In this document: positions 53,301 through 60,324 of the stretch, one piece after another
How positions within the stretch are numbered: position 1 is the first letter of the stretch
How the letters are laid out: each line of letters begins with the position of its first letter
From: Phallusia mammillata
Lineage: Eukaryota
Direction: 5' to 3'
Assembly: GCA_965637545.1 (NCBI GenBank)
Contig: OZ281494.1
Span: forward strand, 8,556,001-8,620,000
Length of the DNA stretch: 64,000 bases
Notes under the pieces: generated by a model
Told to the model about the DNA's origin: nothing
Databases searched by the model: none
What the model saw: only the letters and a program-made list of their open reading frames with translations
Made by a program: the position numbers and the translations under genes

Positions 53301-56300
53301 TTTGACTGGTCGTATTAGATGCTTCATATATCTTTTTCCCGTAATCGTCATTAAGGTTTCATACCTTATGAATCACATAGGTCCCGATAATTCGTACCTT
53401 CAAATTGCCGATGTCGATTTTGTGTGGTGATCAATCGATGGTAACGGTTTTAGGCGTTTTCTTCCACTTAGCCTTGCTTAGTGCGACATTTTTCTGCAAT
53501 TTCGTTTTGTATGGAACCTAAAACTAGTTCTTGGATTCTTGCAAGAGTTTTTCACTATTTAAGCTTGTGCTTCACTGAATTGCGATAACACTTCGTACAA
53601 CGAGCTACCAATGGAGAAAAAACAGCGACAATGGGCCTCATTTTGCGGTGGCCATTTCAATTTAGGTGACGTAACATGACGTAAGCAATAAGGAGGACAT
53701 ACCAGTCCTAAGCATTTGGTTCGCATAAAATCAACAGCAGAGTGCGTCAAATGGGACCAGCGGAAATTCGATTTTTAAACAATTCTATTCCCTTGTTGAA
53801 AATAAGGTTTATGACGTCGTTCGTGTTTGACGCAACTGTGTGTTTTGACTGGACCATGGTTGACGTAAAGTCGAAAACGAAAAAGCGATTTGGATTGTAA
53901 AGTTTTGTTGCCATTAGTCTATATTGCAGAGTTTACTTAAACTGTCATTGCAAACATGCCCAAGTCGTTTTGTTCGGAAAAAATTACCAACGCCTTTCTC
54001 AAAAAAAACATGACGTGTTTTTAGGGAGTACATATGCATTTGAATATGTCTTTGTGGTTTTGTTTTTCCAACTCGTTTCTTATAAGAAGCAGTCCAAGTT
54101 AGCATGTAATTTTTTAATCGTTTTCTGACGTCTCTTCAAAGTAAAACGTTGCGGTGTACCTTTTATGCGCCAACCTACACTGAGGAATGTGAACTCAAAC
54201 TCCGACAAATCGCAAAGCAACTTTAATAGGCTTTCAACTGAGGGCTTCTTCATGACTGATTTGTATTACACCATGCAAGACAATTCAATGCAGCCTTGGG
54301 CCCAATTTGCAATTTTTGTGATTCTGTTGACATAATAATGCGATGGGCAAAGAATGTCAAAAACGTATTGTGTTTCCAACGCTTTTGGCAAGATGGTTGC
54401 GCGAAAAAAGTTGATAATTAAGATTTACGCCCTAAACAAGGAAAAGGCATTTCTGATGGGTAAAATGAGTGCAATGCGTTTTCGCCAGGCCAGTAAAAAT
54501 GGCCAGTAAAAACCAACGCAGTTTTCGCCAGGCCAGTAAAAATGTTACGAACTATCGATACACCACCTGTACCGTTGTCTGACACGAAAAAGTGTTCTCT
54601 ACAAATTGACCACATTCTTGCATCCCACACTCCCATGTAAGACTCGACAGATTGAAAGGTTTATTGTCAATTTGCTATGTATCCGCAAATTTACAACAAC
54701 ATCATACTTTTTGCGCAGAGCGTGCAAAACCGACTTGCGCAATATGGAAAGTTCCGGAACGACGACACACTGCGACATCTTGTGGCAAAAAGAGTAAAAC
54801 CAAATACCGATGACGTGTTCATGGCTAATAGGTTACGTCAGCTTCGCAATTCGGATGGAGTCATCGAAAGGTAAACTAAATTTTGATGTTGTATAGTTTG
54901 TATGTTCATCACAGGGGTGCACAACCTGTGGCCTGCGAATATGGAATTAGAATGTGTAACTATTTTTTTGCAGTGCAAGCGAACAAATCAAATTCACCCC
55001 TGGTTTATCACATAACAGAGAAGCTTTAGTTATGATAGTATTCGTTTGGCGTTTAAAAATGTCTTAATAACGGTTACAAATCAAATGCGGTCAAAATAAC
55101 GACACCGTACACTTGTAAATTCTCAAAAGTAAAACGTCTTATATATACTTGTTATCGTTTGTTTTATCGTAGGGGCAATTTTTCACTGTCAAAATTTTAG
55201 ACAATCAATCGCGTTTCCCAAAAATAGGCTAGCGATATTTTACCAGCAGCATCTACAAAGCTCGTTTGACCACATCTTAAACATTATGCATTTTGAACAG
55301 GTCACCGGCTCCTGTGAACATGCCTCGTCGGCTCACGGACGCTCGGACGGTTATTCGAGGTCAGGTTGCCAAGTTGCAGGAGCGACTTGATGCTGTCAAT
55401 CACCAACTGATGAAATGTGTACAGACTGAAAGCGATCTGGCCAATACAACTGATAACAAGTCAAAAGGTAACACTTGTCATAATGTATTTACAAATAGAG
55501 CGTTGCTATTGTTTCAAAGGGTTACACGACTTCGTAAGGGTTATGCGATTGTAGTTGCTAGTTGTGTTTGCGGATAACAAGTCAAAAAGTTACACTTTAA
55601 AAGCCATGGTTTTTCTACAAATAGGGTGGTGTTATATTTTCCAACTGTCTGTAAAGGTTATACGACTGTAGTTGCTAGGGCTTGCTAACCGTCTTGGTAT
55701 GAGAAACGGTCCGGTTTGGTAGTTCAATATTTACGAAGTACCGATTTAATTTTTACAAAGGGCACTGTCATTGAAATAGTTATATTTGATCTTTTCAAAA
55801 CAGCACAGTCGAAACAGAGTTTCCAAATTTGGTGTATGTGTTTTATAAAAATAGCTTAGGCCTACTCCACAGGGTGGCGCGTGGGTAGACGTTTGGTATT
55901 TTTGCCTTTTAGATTCACAATCTTTGCGTCACATATTTTTAGCCCACATTTGTAAGTGTTTGGTCGGTTGATAAATTAAGCAGTGAGCGACTTTTTTATT
56001 TTAAACGGTTCCGTTTCCTCCTGTTAAACAAACAAAATGCCTGTATGGGATAGAAGATGACGCAAATTACGTCACTGCGTGGTTCCCCCAAATCCCAAAG
56101 CTGTGATGTAAATGCGTGGCAAGCCGGGAACGGACAATCATGGAGTAGGCTATTATCGAGATTATGTTTGCTCATCGAATGTTAACACTCGGCGCTCCAG
56201 CGTGAGATAGTTAAGGGAGTTTCTCCTTATAAATAAGTTCCCCACGTACTGCGCTATTTACCCTGCGGTTACGTAACCTTGGTACGCAGGCCACAAGCCT

Positions 56301-56663
56301 TAAAAAATTACCCTCATGTCAAACTATGTTGATTTTGTTCTTTATTATATTCGAACCTTGAAGGTAGTCTTTTTATGATAAAGGCAAACTTTTATTGCCA
56401 AGTCGTATAGGTGGAAACTGGGAAGGCATCGTCTTTGTGTATAACTACAAAATAGTGCCTCGGTGTGGTAGTAACATGGTTTTACCGAACACGTTTTTTA
56501 ATGTTTTTATCATTTTTTGACAAATAAAGTCAAATATTTATTTTTTGCAGGCCCGCCCCAGCAACTTCAGATAGCGCAACTGGGTGAGCGCAAGGAACAC
56601 CTGCTCAGTCAAGCGAATCACGCCCAATCCGAAATTGACAAGAAAAAACAGTTGCTTTCGTAA
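321..56663 (+). CDS. Giant Cys-rich (GCC2_GCC3/ephrin-receptor-like repeat) type-I transmembrane protein; multi-exon, 5'-partial; about 5,400 aa visible
   Basis: Hand-chained exons with phase-compatible AG/GT (four GC) boundaries: 321-443,1003-1243,1943-2572,3001-3288,3821-4063,4418-4579,5303-5471,5935-6113,6560-6715,7070-7299,7745-7982,8567-8794,9288-9452,9913-10072,10286-10392,10837-11001,11299-11456,11716-11906,12245-12369,13371-13532,14046-14201,14845-15024,15428-15544,15841-15990,16173-16480,16777-17017,17567-18157,18595-18721,19067-19186,19454-19595,20032-20209,20858-21103,21559-21845,22065-22182,22838-23020,23256-24540,24926-25065,25121-25378,25714-25950,26396-26686,27043-27354,27872-27982,28386-28576,29071-29316,30254-30420,31043-31161,31654-31795,32064-32277,32727-32914,33674-33879,34591-34868,35347-35487,35927-36071,36189-36325,36609-36741,37087-37239,37624-37809,37984-38277,38851-38984,39497-39758,40372-(gap),(gap)-40629,40744-40956,41365-41449,41906-42048,43536-43652,44258-44494,45120-45264,45790-45950,46509-46644,47074-47294,49104-49315,49744-49903,50318-50413,50709-50831,51776-52009,52862-53056,54719-54870,55301-55467,56551-56663 (ends ...KKKQLLS*, TAA 56661-56663). 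No in-frame stops in the spliced chain. The first exon begins at an acceptor with no start codon or signal peptide, so upstream exons lie outside the window. Confidence 0.9.
1272..1457. mobile_element. hAT-type MITE (186 bp)
   Basis: TIRs TAGTGGAGGGATT / GATTCCCACCACTG; exact 8-bp TSD CTTGTATG at 1264-1271 and 1458-1465; internal AGCCGGTTCT repeats. Confidence 0.8.
3563..3735. mobile_element. Two divergent SINE fragments (minus-strand 3' end and plus-strand B-box copy)
   Basis: 3563-3600 is the reverse complement of the SINE 3' end (GAAGGCGTTATAC); 3641-3735 has GTGGGTTCGAATCCC plus a degenerate body. Other SINE tails occur at 13066-13107 and about 31430-31455. Confidence 0.6.
4619..4932. 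mobile_element. MITE family A, diverged copy
   Basis: Collinear similarity to 12545-12945 (GGGATGTGCCAAAA...TGACGTCACAAAC...GATGCTCGGTACCGAGTACTC). Confidence 0.8.
6343..6409 (+). mobile_element. 5'-truncated copy of the same hammerhead retroposon with 13-bp TSD
   Basis: TCTTGTATAGGACGTCGAAACGTCGATTgTTTACAATAAAACTGCTGGAtGAGCAATACTT nearly identical to 20511-20571, but lacks CTGATGA. TSD CATTCCTATTTGG at 6330-6342 and 6410-6422. Confidence 0.8.
7581..7652 (-). mobile_element. tRNA-derived SINE head (minus strand)
   Basis: Reverse complement ...GCGAGTCCCGGAAAGACCCCTGTCGTGGGTTCGAATCCCACCATAGGCTA matches 30081-30130. Confidence 0.75.
12417..13209. mobile_element. Older TIR element (CAGGGGTGCACAACC ends) hosting a nested family-A MITE and a SINE fragment
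   Basis: Perfect 15-bp inverted repeats at 12417-12431 and 13195-13209; the same terminus recurs at 54912-54926; no clean TSD. Confidence 0.55.
12545..12945. mobile_element. hAT-type MITE family A, full-length copy (401 bp)
   Basis: TIRs TAGGGATGTGCC / GGCGCATCCCTA; exact 8-bp TSD GTTGCTAG at 12537-12544 and 12946-12953; subterminal GCTCGG/CCGAGC repeats. Confidence 0.9.
15663..15724. repeat. Intronic 28-bp perfect direct repeat
   Basis: TTTCTTCCATCACAATTTACCACAAGTT x2, separated by a short spacer. Confidence 0.9.
16130..16153. repeat. (AAC)n microsatellite just upstream of a splice acceptor
   Basis: About 8 AAC units ending about 19 nt before the AG at 16171-16172. Confidence 0.9.
20417..20575 (+). 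mobile_element. Short hammerhead-bearing retroposon copy with 13-bp TSD
   Basis: AAGCACTCAGTCT at 20404-20416 and 20576-20588 flanks a T-rich segment, the hammerhead and AATAAA. Confidence 0.75.
20493..20540 (+). ncRNA. Minimal type-I hammerhead ribozyme motif
   Basis: ATTATC-CTGATGA-a-GGCGTCTT(gtat)AGGACGTC-GAAA-C-GTC-GATTAT: 8-bp stem II with two G-U pairs, ACGT palindromic stem III, GUC triplet, stem I 3+2 bp; AATAAA at 20545-20550. Confidence 0.75.
21415..21452 (-). mobile_element. Fragment of the hammerhead retroposon (minus strand)
   Basis: Reverse complement reads GTCGACCTGTATAGGACGTCAAAACGTCGG; the catalytic boxes are decayed. Confidence 0.5.
22408..22682. mobile_element. MITE family A, 3'-truncated copy
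   Basis: CAGGGATGGGCCAAAACTGCAAATGTTCTGTTTGG...TTAGCAGGGCATGAATAT, collinear with 12545-12850. Confidence 0.8.
23256..24540 (+). CDS. Largest exon (1,285 bp) of the Cys-rich ectodomain
   Basis: ORF track 23204..24565; acceptor ttattcgacag|CT at 23255; donor GGAAG|gtatgt at 24541. Confidence 0.92.
24713..24860. mobile_element. MITE family B partial copy
   Basis: CAGTGGTCCCAAACC...ACGAATTCCTCCC...ACTTTACTGGTCATATTCCCAG, similar to 41037-41264. Confidence 0.6.
30061..30226 (+). mobile_element. tRNA-derived SINE, near full length
   Basis: A-box-like GCAGCTCAGTTGGTA; anticodon-like arm GAGTC-ccggaaa-GACTC; T-arm GTGGG-ttcgaat-CCCAC; no acceptor stem; followed by a tRNA-unrelated body ending GTATAACGCC...TGGCGTACT..GATT that is shared with other copies. 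Confidence 0.8.
30254..34703 (+). CDS. Juxtamembrane ectodomain, exons 45-51: non-repeat Cys domain, furin site, cupredoxin-like beta-sandwich
   Basis: Spliced translation: GQTSCLTCGAEATQ...CLCQVDNLDAICNLECR...NTTTTSRRRRSVSG...NPVICLALGDLMSFTVDNLNYPMYDVTNLYNTNENFDYGGFRTL...LFIYKFTEPGAYSFMHNTNSLKKFYVRVMEAGG. Confidence 0.8.
34230..34534. mobile_element. MITE family A, 5'-truncated copy
   Basis: ...CCCTTTCGAACACTA...TACCGAGTACTCGGGTTCTGGCTC...CCCATTCCTA, collinear with the 3' part of 12545-12945. Confidence 0.8.
34704..34778 (+). other. Single transmembrane helix coding segment
   Basis: WLLIGLLIAAALLVVIILIVALMLF followed by KK (positive-inside rule), within exon 34591-34868. Confidence 0.9.
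34779..39758 (+). CDS. Cytoplasmic tail I, exons 51-60: short helical/coiled-coil region, then [D/H]PxTG beta-hairpin repeats
   Basis: Translation includes EEELAEYERKKEELDIELERRR, then DPTTG, HPQTG, DPITS, DPRTG, DPTTG, HPVTG, SPVTK, EPDTE. Confidence 0.8.
40372..49315 (+). CDS. Cytoplasmic tail II: long E/K/R/Q-rich coiled-coil region
   Basis: Exons translate to e.g. RDKLLARLEARKKIQEELSKERAVAKQLR, EAREQKKQEIDTKIQQLKSEKRKKEKK-type runs and ELKKKLEERRRRKQEELK. Interrupted by the assembly gap. Confidence 0.8.
40405..40604. other. Assembly gap (200 N) inside coding sequence
   Basis: Exactly 200 N. The coding frames on either side (GPDAMAQGVSF / LTMEKGQQ) are not in frame across 200 nt, so the length is a placeholder. 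Confidence 0.95.
41037..41264. mobile_element. hAT/Charlie-like MITE family B, full-length copy
   Basis: CAGTGGCTTCTAA ... TTGGGGACCACTG termini; 8-bp TSD with one mismatch (TGTTAGTA / TATTAGTA). Confidence 0.7.
43409..43482. repeat. Intronic ~38-bp tandem repeat
   Basis: TTTGCT(T/C)GTTCAATTG(C/T)ACAGTTAAACTTACAGCTT x2. Confidence 0.9.
43870..43990 (+). mobile_element. Diverged copy of the hammerhead retroposon
   Basis: TGTCGCTGTTT...ATTACC-CTGATGAAGGCGACCTGAATATAGGACGTT-GAAG-CGTC-GGTTAA; the core has GAAG instead of GAAA. Confidence 0.6.
44652..44720. repeat. Intronic ~35-bp tandem repeat
   Basis: AAATGTA..CCTGGGGGAT.TTT..TATCATATTT x2. Confidence 0.8.
45560..45752. mobile_element. MITE family B partial copy
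   Basis: CAGTGGTTCC...TATCAACTTTACTGGTCATGTTCCCA...TTTACAAACCACATGTGCAA. Related partial copies at about 21145-21350 and 40170-40265. Confidence 0.6.
48904..49078 (+). mobile_element. Hammerhead-containing fold-back insertion (Penelope-like-derived) with 12-bp TSD
   Basis: Perfect 51-bp inverted repeat 48903-48953 / 49002-49052 encloses the hammerhead. Direct repeat CAAACAACATCA at 48892-48903 and 49079-49090. Confidence 0.75.
48958..48995 (+). ncRNA. Minimal type-I hammerhead ribozyme motif (Penelope-like/retrozyme type)
   Basis: TCA-CTGATGA-t-GGCA(tgagcatt)TGCC-GAAA-CGTT-TGA: conserved CUGAUGA and GAAA boxes, 4-bp stem II, palindromic stem III (AACGTT), GUU cleavage triplet, 3-bp stem I; AATAAA at 48998-49003. 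Confidence 0.75.
49744..56663 (+). CDS. Cytoplasmic tail III: acidic Ser linker, globular alpha/beta domain with HCMAH motif, terminal coiled coil
   Basis: SSRDDKDDSSDSSDSDEG; TEEVTLLLANNLPANNYDRNAFRQSFFYQRARRMLFVRADRLTSVGDFVMVVIHCMAHIAVGQLDDDSDPYFLRAFYK; terminal exon GPPQQLQIAQLGERKEHLLSQANHAQSEIDKKKQLLS*. Confidence 0.8.
49876..49957 (+). repeat. 41-bp tandem duplication spanning the exon 49903 donor
   Basis: AATGCTACAGAATTCTGACTTCTTCAAG[G/T]TAAACCACATAA x2, with a single difference. Confidence 0.95.
51661..51727. mobile_element. hAT/Charlie-like terminal fragment
   Basis: Ends in TTTGAGAACCACTG (reverse complement CAGTGGTTCTCAAA) with GGGTCGCGACCC subterminal palindromes; a similar terminus CAGTGGTTCTCAAC occurs at 26056. 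Confidence 0.5.
52201..52312 (+). mobile_element. tRNA-derived SINE, 5'-truncated
   Basis: B box GTGGGTTCGAATCCCACCA followed by the body ...GTATAACGCCATCAATAGGCCTGGCG. Confidence 0.75.
54478..54544. repeat. 24-bp direct repeat with an internal partial third copy
   Basis: GTTTTCGCCAGGCCAGTAAAAATG at 54478 and 54521; GGCCAGTAAAAA between them. Confidence 0.85.
55452..55684 (+). repeat. Degenerate ~121-bp tandem duplication spanning the exon 55467 donor
   Basis: GATAACAAGTCAAAA(G/A)GT(A/T)ACACTT at 55452 and 55573; also shared TACAAATAG and GGTTAT.CGA.TGTAGTTGCTAG. Confidence 0.8.
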
Positions 56664-57150
56664 TCGGCTACAAACACTTTGCAATTGTGTGATCATTCAT
56701 AAGCTGTGGAATTTGTTCGTATTAGTTATAGATACACTTTTCTTGTATGTGCAGGGTGGTTTTATGTCCTTTTGTCAACAGTGACATTACACAGTCTATA
56801 ACTTGGCAGTCATTTTGCACGCGTATATATTATATCATTCCCGTTGTGTGTCTTTCCATGTGCAGTCAAAAATTCAATGAAATCAACATTTCCACTGTGT
56901 TTTCTAATCAACGTCGCGAAATTCCGCAATCCAAGTAGTAATTTGCTTCACGCTCGCGGAACGGTGCCTTTATTATGCTGTTGCACTTTGAGCTAATTTT
57001 CACTTGTTCGCTAATATTATTTTCACGTTTGCACCGTTATTATCGTGTATAGTTTAGAGATCTTCACTGTCACCGTAAAGCCAATATTATCACTGTTTAA
57101 CGACCGATTGTAAATCTATTTTTGTACCTATGGCGTAGCGTTCCTTCTAG

Positions 57151-57156
57151 AATAAA
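57151..57156 (+). terminator. Candidate polyadenylation signal of the giant gene
   Basis: First AATAAA downstream of the stop codon (about 490 nt 3' UTR). Confidence 0.5.
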
Positions 57157-60100
57157 ACAGTTCTATTAAAAAATAATATGTGTAATAACTTACTTCTTTT
57201 AGTGGGCCGTGCTCCGAAAGAAAGAGGTTTCTATAGCTTAGATGAAGATAGGAGTCGAAACAAAATAAAACCGCGCTCAAAGACAACGAAATGCGCATAC
57301 CCGTCCATTATTATTTTTGAATACATAAAAATTACCTTCATGCACAAAATGGCGTGCGAGTTTTTGGTCTGGTAACATCAATCAAGTTATGAAAGTATTT
57401 TTAAACAGACGATATAAAAACTAGAGCATTTATTCGCCGAATTTTATGAATCACTCCGCACCAATTTGAGTGGGTGACCTTGGGCCTTAACAACACACTA
57501 TCCTATCGATTACCACGTGGCAGTTGAATGCCTTTGAGTTGCATTTCCGTTGTATTGAGAAACCGCAGCTAGTTTGTGGATTTAGTATGCAACCAGGGAG
57601 AAATGCAAGGAAAAGGTGCTTAGGTTCAAGTGTTCCTTCGGTGCACTCAGGACGCCAATTTCCGCACCCAAAAAGTATGAATAAATTCAACAGAGACGTT
57701 TGTCCCGTTAAATACTAACGGAAACATAGCATTTCTCATAAATGACGTAAAAATAGATACAAGGGTGTGATTTGAAAAGTGTTGGAATGTATGGGGTTGC
57801 GAAACTTTGCTGATAAATTTCGTCATGTCAGAAAATTTTTGACTAATAGGAAATTTCCAATGTCCTTGAAGGCAAGTAGGCTACATATGATATGAAACAA
57901 TCCCTGTTTGGAACCTGCGAAAAAAATTGATACAGATTAAAATTGGATAACATTTTCCGGTTTTATAGAAACCTTCCCAGGTAGAAAACTTTCCTTCCCA
58001 GGTTGAAATTTCTCTCTTCGATGTTCTTGGAAAACATTATCACCAGTACACTGATCGTATGCGCAATAGCAAGAATGTGAGTGCAAATTGAATAACCAAA
58101 AACGCCAAATCGTTTCCAGGAATTCCGTTGACCTGAAGCATGTGTTAATGGGAAAACAAAATCACCTGTACTGCCTTACCATTATTTATGAGGCACAAGA
58201 AACGGTTGCTTTTTACTCCGCGAAAGACCCAATGACATTTTTGTTCTAGCTTAATCCAATGAGATAAAGGGGATAAGAAAGCGTTTCCTACGATCGACGT
58301 GTTGTTTAGGGGATGTCATTACAAATCAGATTGTCAACATTTGGCCAGTCGAATGCCAGGCGCTGGGGTGTGTAAACAGATTCAGGCGCCGTGGTGTCCA
58401 TACAATGATGTCTTTATCAATGGAACTAGCACTTGGCAAGCGTCAAAATTCCAGGTCTGGCCCGATTTCCATACGTCACCATACGTAAAGCACGGAAATA
58501 GTTATTAAAGCTACGTTCTATTGCCAGTCATTTACGGAATTTCAAAATTGAAGAAAACAATGGACTTTAAGCGTCATTACGGGTCGAGAACCGCAAGAAC
58601 TCTTATTGCAACACAATGGCTTTAACCGTTTTTGAAAGCCTTCAGGAAGGTGAAGCAATGACTTAAAATAAGGTGTGAGATCACCCAATTTAAAGTAGGA
58701 ATGAAATGACTATAGGAGCAATTTGGAAACTCAAAAATTAATACCCTAATATACTTGCACTACTTGTAGCAGGGTTTTGACTTGTAATTGTTGAAAATAA
58801 GACAAAATAAGGACCCAAGTCAAAAACAAGGGCATTTCTTAGAAATAAAGACAATAAATTTTCATCGCCCTTTAAATTAACGACAAATCTTAGAAATAAG
58901 GACGGTGTGGCAACCCTGCATATAGGCAATATATGCTGTTCGTCTTTAACGTAATCATCATAGCCGTCACTTTCAATATTATTTTCTAGCCTATTGTAGA
59001 ATCCCAACACTGTGCAAATGAACAAATGCACATGCATTTAAAAAAATGATTCGAATGTTTTTGTTGTTAGAATTCCCTGCAGTGCGTCCAAGTAGGATGC
59101 ATGACACTACAGGTGCCGTAGGTGCCAACCTTGCGTCTTGAACACAAAACAAAAATGGCGACCGTCCGCTCAAAACCAAGCATACACGATTGAATCTTGC
59201 ATCCTTACATAAAACATAATAATATATCAGTGACATAATATCACTAAAATAACACAATGTTTCTTACTAAAAATTAATAGTTAGTCGTTTACGTTTACTA
59301 ACTAGCAACTAAAGTGCTAGCTTAAGCTAAGTTATTATAATAGTTGCCCGTATCGGCTGCATCCATTTTTTATCAACTAATTTTCATTTTCTGCTCGTGG
59401 CTCCATGCTGCTGTGGATTGAAGGCACCTTGAGTTTGATCACAAAGGCATTAGTTGAAGTACTTTGTCAAAAATGTCAAAGCACGAACATATATAGTTTC
59501 TTTAACCAAAAAAGCTAAAATCGAAAAACATCATTAGTTATCTGGTGTTCATAACAGTTCTAAAGATGTAAAACCAAAAACCTCTTATGATCCTAATCAA
59601 AAAGGTTTGTTAATTGTGTAAAAGTTTACCTACATCAAAACAAAATTTCATTTCAAGTCCAAACTTTCTCTGGTTGCAGCCATTTTAAGCAAAGATCACC
59701 GTCAAGACAGATGACAACGTTTAGAGCCAATTGCAAGATTCACGGCAGATGTTGTGTCGCACCTAATCAAAAATTCCAACTTATGTTTCACAAAAACTGC
59801 ATTTTTTATCACTTATGACAACAAATGAGTGCAACGGCTTTTAGTTTCCAACTGACTTTTCGGTTGTTCAGTAAAAAGACTAAATGCAATTTTGCGACTT
59901 GTCATCCGTAAATATTGAGAGCAAAAACAGAATGAATCATTTCCACCTTAACAATACTTCACCTCCGTTAACCAAGCTGCCAAAATGAAAACCATATTTA
60001 AGTGGGAAGCCGAACGTAACAATGTACTGCAATATAATGGGTGTATTGTGACATAATAAAATCAGTGCATATGCTATCAATTGGGCAGAAAATGCTTTTG

Positions 60101-60295
60101 TGGAACCTGTGAGTCATCGGCAAGTTGTGACCTAGAAGATCAGCCAAGGCCACAGTGTCATGGGAAACTGTAAAAGGTTGGTTGGTTTTGTTTTGTATAT
60201 GTGAAGGCTTGCAAAATGTGTTTAAATACCAAGAACCTGGAATTGGCAATCAGCCTTAACTGTCTATGTATGACGTCTCTTTCTGTATTTTTACG

Positions 60296-60324
60296 TTGTT
60301 TGTTTGTTTGTTTGTTGTTTGTTT
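60296..60324. repeat. (GTTT)n microsatellite
   Basis: Imperfect TTGT/GTTT run in the intergenic region. Confidence 0.8.

Noticed and set aside
55860-56150. Possible MITE bounded by GCCTACTCCA / TGGAGTAGGC
   Set aside because: Only a 10-bp inverted repeat, with no clear TSD and no second copy in the window.
34779-56663. Eph-like receptor tyrosine kinase
   Set aside because: No GxGxxG, HRD or DFG motifs or SAM domain are visible in the translated tail (the unseen gap is a small caveat).
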